This document shows positions 57,962 through 64,000 of a DNA stretch of 64,000 nucleotides, piece by piece; the first letter of the stretch is position 1, and the number at the start of each line of letters is the position of its first letter. The notes beneath the pieces were generated by a model, which was given only the letters and a program-made list of their open reading frames with translations, was not told the origin of the DNA and ran no database searches. Location of the stretch: the NCBI GenBank assembly GCA_964558645.1, contig CAZLEV010000005.1:175321-239320 (forward strand), given 5' to 3'. The translations under genes and the position numbers were made by a program. This DNA is from an uncultured archaeon. Lineage in GTDB: Archaea; Asgardarchaeota; Thorarchaeia; Thorarchaeales; Thorarchaeaceae.

Positions 57962-59299
57962 CTACTGGTGTTTGCCAGTCAGCAGCTCAACGAGCCGGTA
58001 GAAGAACTCGGCATTCTTCTCAATCGAAGAGATCTCCACCCATTCATTGGGACCATGCAAATTATTACCCTCCGGCCCAAAGTCAAACAGGTCGGACCCG
58101 TACCCGCTGAAATACCGAGAATCAGACCCACCAAAGCCCTCCACCAGTTGGAAGGGTATGCCAACGTCGCCCAGAGCAATCTCCGCAGTTTGAATAAGCT
58201 GGGAATACCTGTTGCTCTCTACGTATCCTATTCCGCTGCTGGCAGCTACAGAGTCAAATCGAACAAACTCGCCGACGGCTTTCTCTATTGCAGTGGTGAC
58301 AGTCGAACCATCATTGGTCATAGCACGGATATCACAATAGAGATCCCATATCTCGTCTCGCCTCTCAAGGAGGTTTGGACAGACGACAGTACCCTTGTCT
58401 GAGTGTTCTGTAGGAAATGATGCCTGGCTTACTGATAGAAGAGATCGCATCAAGCCGGTAAGAGCCTCATCATATTCGTGTAGTTCGCCCTCACTATTAG
58501 TATGTAGCAGGTCAAGTTCAACCCAATCTGGAACCACATTTGATTTCACAAATGCACCTCTCACACTCTTGACCAACGTCTGAGGGTGGAGGTCAAGATA
58601 CTTGGACGCTGTCAACATGGCATGCCTGTCAACTCCTGGCCGCATGTATGCCGAATGTCGAGTATCGGTTCCAAAGGTTTCTGTCTTGAATCGTACTGTC
58701 TCGATAACACCAGTATCAGTGGCCTGTTTTGAATGCAGTTTGATATGAGTAGGCAGGATGTTCCGTCGTCTGTAAATCACCTGTTGATGAATTCCGTCCG
58801 CAACGACAATATAGTCAGGAAACGCCTCACGGTCTAAGAGGCAATCACGGAGATACCGTGCACCATGAGCACCACCTATTTCCTCATCACCCGTGGCCGC
58901 CACCATGACCCTACAGGATAGATCGGAGTCTGAGATCTTCTCCGCCAGATGAAGAAGCGATACAATATTGCCCTTGTCATCACAGGTGCCCCTACCAAAC
59001 GCACGATTACCACGTACAACTAATGAGAATGGGTCGGTCTTCCATCCACCACCAGTGGGAACAACATCGAAGTGCGCCATGAAGAGAACTGAACAAGGAC
59101 CATCGCCATGTGTTCCTAGGGCCGTGTAGTATCCATCGGATTCCAAGATCTCTGTTTCAAAACCATATTGATCCAAGATGGAATTGATATGCGCTGGGCA
59201 TTTCGTTGATGCCTGCTTTCGTGTATCTCTATCGTTCACTGTATCAATTGAAACCAGCTCGGACAGAACCTCAACAGTATCAAGAGTCATTGTTATCAC
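57962..59299 (-). CDS. M20 family metallopeptidase/deacylase (ArgE/DapE-like)
   Basis: AHFDVVP, GRGTCDDKG, GDEEIGG, GGSD, HGPNE. Confidence 0.9.
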   Translation of the reverse strand: MITMTLDTVEVLSELVSIDTVNDRDTRKQASTKCPAHINSILDQYGFETEILESDGYYTALGTHGDGPCSVLFMAHFDVVPTGGGWKTDPFSLVVRGNRAFGRGTCDDKGNIVSLLHLAEKISDSDLSCRVMVAATGDEEIGGAHGARYLRDCLLDREAFPDYIVVADGIHQQVIYRRRNILPTHIKLHSKQATDTGVIETVRFKTETFGTDTRHSAYMRPGVDRHAMLTASKYLDLHPQTLVKSVRGAFVKSNVVPDWVELDLLHTNSEGELHEYDEALTGLMRSLLSVSQASFPTEHSDKGTVVCPNLLERRDEIWDLYCDIRAMTNDGSTVTTAIEKAVGEFVRFDSVAASSGIGYVESNRYSQLIQTAEIALGDVGIPFQLVEGFGGSDSRYFSGYGSDLFDFGPEGNNLHGPNEWVEISSIEKNAEFFYRLVELLTGKHQ

Positions 59300-59409
59300 C
59301 TAGGCTAATAGCGAAGGTGAGAAATATCTTTCCAAATCTTGAGAGTAACAGCTAGTGCCAGTAGAAAGCGGGAGAGAGTGACAGAATGCGTGCCACTCTC
59401 AACTTGGTC

Positions 59410-61623
59410 CTAAGTTCTCCGATATACGTAGCGACTCCATGAACTGAGATTTGGCATTTCTTCGGGCATTCCCTTGCGTTTACGAATCTCAAGTATCTTC
59501 TCTTCTTGGAGATTCGAGGGAACCGGCTCGAATCCACGGAACTCATATCCAAAGAAACTTCGGCCAGCAGTGGCACTTCTGAACTCGTCAGCAATGCCTA
59601 TTGTTTCTGCAGTGGGCAAGATGCCCTTTATGGCCACAGCCTCTTCTTCACCCTCAATGGTGATGACCTGACCTCTGTGCGAGGTAAGCACCTTGATGAC
59701 TTGACCCTGAGTTTCGGTAGGGGTCTTGATGTCCACATTCAGGATTGGCTCAAAGAGACCAGGGATTCCGGTGAGGAAACCCATGTTCAGTCCCGAACTA
59801 GTCATTGTGGCAACTTCATTGTATCCAGTATGAGCAGGATCTGTGTGGACCGTAGCATCGGTCAGTGTCACTTTCACACCCATAACCGGTTCATGGGCAA
59901 TCGGGCCAGCATCAACGAACTCCCGAAATGTTGTCTGGAGATATGAAAAGATTCTGTCGAATCGCTGGACGCCACTCATCGCGTCCACAAGCATGCAGGA
60001 CTCGTAGATATCCAGAATCTTACGTGCCTCTTTCGCGTCCCAGCCAGCCTCATCTCTGAGAATCTGTGCCCGATCTCTTGACGGTTGATCAGCGTAGATC
60101 GTCTTCTTCTTGATGAGATCTACTGTCTTTTCATCGAGGGGCTCCAGATACATCTTGAGGCGGTTATGACCGTTCGGAGACTTGGTATGGAACTCATCAC
60201 CTCGCTCAGTCATCTTCTCACGATAGACAATGATGGGCTCAGATACCGAGATCGGTACCTGTTCATTGATCCGTTTCGTCAGAATCTCTATCTGCAACGG
60301 GTCTATGCCGTCCAAGCGATACTCGCCAGACTCCTTGTCGTGAACAAACCGCGCTGTGGGGTCTGCCATAATCCATTTTGAAACAACTTCGCCGAGTTTG
60401 GCTATGTCTTGAGGATCTTTGGGCTTGATGCTTCTGCTTACCACCGGCTCGCTGACGTATTCGATTGCCTCAAAACCGTGCAGCTCTGAGTTTGGACCCA
60501 CAAAGGTCTCGCCTGAGGGGCACATGAATCCGAAGATCGAGAACAGATTACCTGCTGGAACCTCATCCATGTCTAGGATATCCGTAATCTCTTGGACACC
60601 TAATCGCCGCACACGGGCATTCTGTCTCATGTTGACAAGCCGTATCTCCTGTCCAGACTTCAGTGTCCCTGAGAAGACTCTTCCGATGAGAGTAGGACGC
60701 TTGCTCTTCGGATCCACGAATATTTTCGTAATCATCCCGAGAAGTGGTCCATCAGGATCGCAGTTGCGCAGTGAGTGTCCCTCTGGGCTCTCAGGATCAC
60801 CCTTCCATATCCTTGGAATCTTGTACTGCTGAGCTGTCTTCGGATCGGGAAGGTGTTTCACAATCATCTCAAGAAGAGCATCGTCAAGAGGCAGGTTCTC
60901 TCTCAGCCACTTCTCATCACCCTCGTTGTACTTCTCGAAGACAACAATGGGCTTGATTCCCTTCTTCTCAAGAGTCTTCATCGTAAAGGCCCAGCCAGTC
61001 TTGGCACTACCAATAGCAACGCTGCCCTGTTCGAAGCTGACCCGCCAGTCCTTTGCATACTCATCTGGTGCAACCTTCTTGATGAGTTCGTTCACTTTCG
61101 CGATGATGATGTCAATTCGCTCGTAGACCTTTTGGGGTGGCAGCTTGAGCTCGTTGATGAGCCTATCTACCTTGTTGACGAAAAGAACGGGCTTGCATGC
61201 CTCACCACCGACAGCAAGGCGGATGTTTGTCTCCGTTTGGGTCATGACTCCTTCAAGAGCATCTACAAGAATGACCGCCCCATCGCTGGCACGCAGTGCA
61301 CGTGAAACCTCACCTGTGAATGAAAGATGCCCGGGGGTATCTGACAGCTGCACAAGATACTCTTCTCCATCGATTTCGAAGTTAAGCAGTACGACTGAAG
61401 TGAAGATTGTGATACCTCGTTCCTGTTCTTCTTCGTCGCTGTCGGTCATCAAAGCCTGTCCGGCGGCGGCATCACTCATCAAACCCGCTCGGCGCATGAG
61501 ATAGTCAGTGGTAGTTGTCTTACCATGGTCAATATGAGCGCTGATGGATATGATTCGCTTGTGCGCGTAATCGTCTGATTTGATGAGCCGTTTTATTGCG
61601 TCTGGCTCCTTGATCTTTACCAA
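59410..61623 (-). CDS. Elongation factor 2 homolog (probable Asgard aEF-2p paralog)
   Basis: AHIDHGKTT, ERGITI, DTPGH, NKVD, KSPNGHNR, IRKRKG. The diphthamide loop reads HTDPAHTGYNE rather than HxDxxHRG, and domain III GELH is replaced by DPLQ. Not in an S12/S7 operon. Confidence 0.9.
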   Translation of the reverse strand: MVKIKEPDAIKRLIKSDDYAHKRIISISAHIDHGKTTTTDYLMRRAGLMSDAAAGQALMTDSDEEEQERGITIFTSVVLLNFEIDGEEYLVQLSDTPGHLSFTGEVSRALRASDGAVILVDALEGVMTQTETNIRLAVGGEACKPVLFVNKVDRLINELKLPPQKVYERIDIIIAKVNELIKKVAPDEYAKDWRVSFEQGSVAIGSAKTGWAFTMKTLEKKGIKPIVVFEKYNEGDEKWLRENLPLDDALLEMIVKHLPDPKTAQQYKIPRIWKGDPESPEGHSLRNCDPDGPLLGMITKIFVDPKSKRPTLIGRVFSGTLKSGQEIRLVNMRQNARVRRLGVQEITDILDMDEVPAGNLFSIFGFMCPSGETFVGPNSELHGFEAIEYVSEPVVSRSIKPKDPQDIAKLGEVVSKWIMADPTARFVHDKESGEYRLDGIDPLQIEILTKRINEQVPISVSEPIIVYREKMTERGDEFHTKSPNGHNRLKMYLEPLDEKTVDLIKKKTIYADQPSRDRAQILRDEAGWDAKEARKILDIYESCMLVDAMSGVQRFDRIFSYLQTTFREFVDAGPIAHEPVMGVKVTLTDATVHTDPAHTGYNEVATMTSSGLNMGFLTGIPGLFEPILNVDIKTPTETQGQVIKVLTSHRGQVITIEGEEEAVAIKGILPTAETIGIADEFRSATAGRSFFGYEFRGFEPVPSNLQEEKILEIRKRKGMPEEMPNLSSWSRYVYRRT

Positions 61624-61907
61624 TTATTTCACCCTACTTGTGGCATTCTGTCCCCAACTCAAGAGATGAACACGAGAGAACTCGGTCAGGGACACCGATA
61701 ATACTCATCGGTGGTTTGGGCGAAAGCCAAATTCGATGCATAAAAGATTATCGTCACGGCATCGGACATGGTATCTCTAAATGGCTGCAAACAACCTAGT
61801 GAAGCTTGGACATCAATCGGATAACAGTTTGAGAGAACTGACAGGACCACCTATCGCTCAGCACAATGACTCAAGAGAAATGCAAACATGCTCTTTTTCT
61901 AGGTAAA

Positions 61908-61939
61908 GTGTCAGATAAGAGTGTCAGAAATGTGTCAGA
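61908..61939 (+). repeat. Three tandem GTGTCAGA repeats, with a fourth copy at 62425-62432
   Basis: Copies at 61908, 61921 and 61932, about 45 bp upstream of a TATA box. Confidence 0.7.
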
Positions 61940-61979
61940 TTTTTGCTTGTTTTCCCCTGAAGAGACCATACCGGGAGGA

Positions 61980-61988
61980 GATTATATA
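61980..61988 (+). promoter_or_regulatory. Archaeal TATA box for the putative ncRNA
   Basis: Purine-rich GGAGGAG followed by ATTATATA, about 25 bp before a GC-rich structured region. Confidence 0.5.
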
Positions 61989-62010
61989 CCACCGTCACGA
62001 CTAGCATACT

Positions 62011-62434
62011 GGACTAGGCAAGTGGGCCAGTGCTGTAGCACGGAGCTCGCGGCCGAAGGCCCGAGGGAAGTCTCAGACTTCTCGACGGAAGTCCATACTC
62101 CTCCCCAAAGGGATCGCATCAGCTCCCGGAGAGTCCGCGGCTGTTCACCTTGCTCAATCGAGCCTTGCTGCCTTCGGTGACGGAGCCACCAAGGGTGATC
62201 ATGAACCCGCCGTGGTAAAAACTGTGGAAAGCCTCACTGTGGCTGAGGGTGATGCCTCAGGACCTGCACAGGAGGAGGAAGCCAGGACCGTGGGAGGGAT
62301 TCCATCCCGATGAGCACGGACAAAGCCCCTGCTGCCTCAGCGTCCTCTGGGACTGCTGGGGGCGGTGACGCTGGCAGGGGACGGGTGGAACACAGAAGTT
62401 TCCGACACCTTGAGTTCACTCAATGTGTCAGAAA
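62011..62434 (+). ncRNA. Putative ~400-nt structured RNA (RNase P- or SRP-like, unresolved)
   Basis: GC-rich with no credible ORF; upstream TATA; 5' GGACTAGG can pair with CCTTGAGTTC near 62408-62417; many hairpins. Confidence 0.5.
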
Positions 62435-62570
62435 TGGTTTATCAAGAATGAGGTCAACGTGATATGGCAGAAACCTCTCAGAGTCAGTCAATTGCCATTC
62501 CATGGGCCTACGACACTCTCTGTCCGACAATGTACGACTTACAACGAACGGTCTCACCGGGGGAGTATGC

Positions 62571-63365
62571 TTACTTGGTTGCAACCACAACCATTCGCTC
62601 ACAGTTTGCCGAATAGGGTGTTCGCGGAAGCTTGTTCTGGCCCCAGAATTCAACCTTCGAATACCCCACGTCATCTAGGAGATCGCGAATCTCCAGAGCA
62701 GTGTACATTCGAATATCATTGTTGGACATGGCATCCTCATCCATCAATACTATCCTGTCATTTCCTGTATCGATGAAGGTTGCAGGCCGTCCTCGAAGAA
62801 CTCCGCTGGGAGCATCCAGAACATGAGGCTCTGTGATAAGGTACCCATTCTCCATTTTGGTCCAGCTTCTATGAGATTTGGGAAGGTTGTAAGGATTCAA
62901 CAGGTCCAGCAAGATCCGTCCCTTCTTAGCAAGCGACCTGTACGAGTTATCAAGTACACCTTTGTTCTCCTCTTGGTTGAAGAAGCCAAAACTGTGACTC
63001 AGAAGTACCGCCCCTTTGAATCTCTGATCGAAGTCCATCTCCCTCATGTCTCCACGATAGAACTGGACATCCACCTTCTCTCGCTTCGCCTTCTCTTTCG
63101 CAAACTCGATGAGGGTCTCGGATATGTCAAACCCTGTGACCTTAAGCCCCCGCTTAGAGAAGAGAATCGAATGATCTCCTGCCCCACATGCAATATCGAG
63201 TATCTCGTCACCCTTCTTCAGATTCAGGGTCTGAATACAGAATTCCACAACCATCTCATCGTAATGCCTGATTCCGGGAATTGAGCTTCGATGCTTGATC
63301 CTAAAGACCTCGGCCCAGAAATCATCCCAGCCCAGTTCAACCTGTTCCATCGCAGTTACATCCAT
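62571..63365 (-). CDS. Class I SAM-dependent methyltransferase
   Basis: ILDIACGAGDH, VTGFDIS, GDMR, SFGFF. Confidence 0.9.
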   Translation of the reverse strand: MDVTAMEQVELGWDDFWAEVFRIKHRSSIPGIRHYDEMVVEFCIQTLNLKKGDEILDIACGAGDHSILFSKRGLKVTGFDISETLIEFAKEKAKREKVDVQFYRGDMREMDFDQRFKGAVLLSHSFGFFNQEENKGVLDNSYRSLAKKGRILLDLLNPYNLPKSHRSWTKMENGYLITEPHVLDAPSGVLRGRPATFIDTGNDRIVLMDEDAMSNNDIRMYTALEIRDLLDDVGYSKVEFWGQNKLPRTPYSANCERMVVVATK

Positions 63366-63746
63366 GAGAAACGAGCTGGCGCGGAATATGAACATTGCCA
63401 TATTGATGCGGATGTGAGTCTTTCAAAAGCAATAGATGTAATCAAGTGGAGAGGACCCGTACCCTGTCTTTTCTTGATTACTCTCCGCCGGGAGGGACGC
63501 AGACTCAAGCAACAGGAAAACTCCATCAAGTTACCATGATGATACGGGTCTTACGTCTCCATATTTATAACGGGATGATTTCCCTATAAATCTACGGGTT
63601 GAAGCCTAAAGACTATAACTCTTCTTTTTTTCGGCATATATGACTAATAGTAGAAGAGGGCCTGAAGGGGCGCATAACGGACAGCAATTTGGTAGGGAGT
63701 CATAGACGCAAAAAGAGAAGAGAAAAGACCATGAATATATGGAGAA

Positions 63747-63822
63747 TGGTAGCCCCGCCAGGATTTGAACCTAGGTCCGGGGGGCCAGAACCCCCGATGC
63801 TGGACCACTACACCACGGGGCT
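63747..63822 (-). tRNA. tRNA-Gln(CTG), intronless, CCA encoded
   Basis: AGCCCCG...CGGGGCT-A-CCA acceptor with A1-U72, anticodon loop TTCTGGC, T-loop GTTCAAATC. Confidence 0.97.
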
Positions 63823-64000
63823 ATACTAGTTTCAGATGCTGCGCATCCAGCTTCAGCACCCGGCCACTGCTGAACATCATATTATCTTTTCGATTCTGCC
63901 TTTGTTAATCACGGCAACGTCTGAGAAGCCTGACTAGTATAGTCTACCAGTAGATTTGCAAATCACATGATCTCACCACCATGAGGAAGAATCTCGAGTA

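Noticed and set aside
61866-62419. ORFs 61866-62180 (+) and 62234-62419 (-)
   Set aside because: Atypical composition and no motifs; better explained as a by-product of GC-rich structured RNA.
63500-63746. Integrated element at the tRNA-Gln 3' end
   Set aside because: The region is AT-rich, but I found no integrase and no duplicated tRNA 3' fragment (att site) in the window.
1-64000. CRISPR array, rRNA genes or selenoprotein (in-frame TGA) genes
   Set aside because: I saw no regularly spaced repeats, rRNA signatures or TGA-interrupted conserved redox motifs by eye; a computational scan would be more sensitive.

Overview
Gene-dense chromosomal segment of an Asgard archaeon, most likely Thorarchaeia. 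The evidence is two Rab-like GTPases, roadblock and WD40 genes, two divergent EF-2 paralogs, archaeal arcTGT/IleRS/Tes/GGPPS and a tRNA-Gln with an A1-U72 pair. Left to right: (1) class III ribonucleotide reductase nrdD, running off the left edge and missing from the ORF track, with a 532-aa LAGLIDADG intein, plus an NrdH-like redoxin and thyA; (2) an EF-2 paralog lacking the diphthamide loop; (3) a signalling-like cluster of roadblock, CxxC thioredoxin/KaiB-like protein, two KaiC-like ATPases and a large helical-repeat protein, next to two Rab-like GTPases and a WD40 protein; (4) polB2 operon and larC; (5) a co-oriented one-carbon cluster metV-metF-mtrH-mtrA(soluble)-mtrH-methanogenesis marker 14-cofE with no membrane Mtr subunits, the best candidate for an undescribed system (a soluble corrinoid methyl shuttle); (6) hflX, tgtA and an Fe3+/AfuABC-type ABC importer divergent from three membrane-anchored surface proteins, two with phosphoesterase domains; (7) GGPPS, tldD/pmbA and phzF; (8) a decayed IS607-family element whose tnpA and tnpB remnants bracket intact metalloprotease cargo; (9) tes, ileS, an M20 peptidase, a second EF-2 paralog, a ~400-nt structured putative ncRNA, a methyltransferase and tRNA-Gln(CTG). 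All calls come from reading motifs by eye; no database searches were run.
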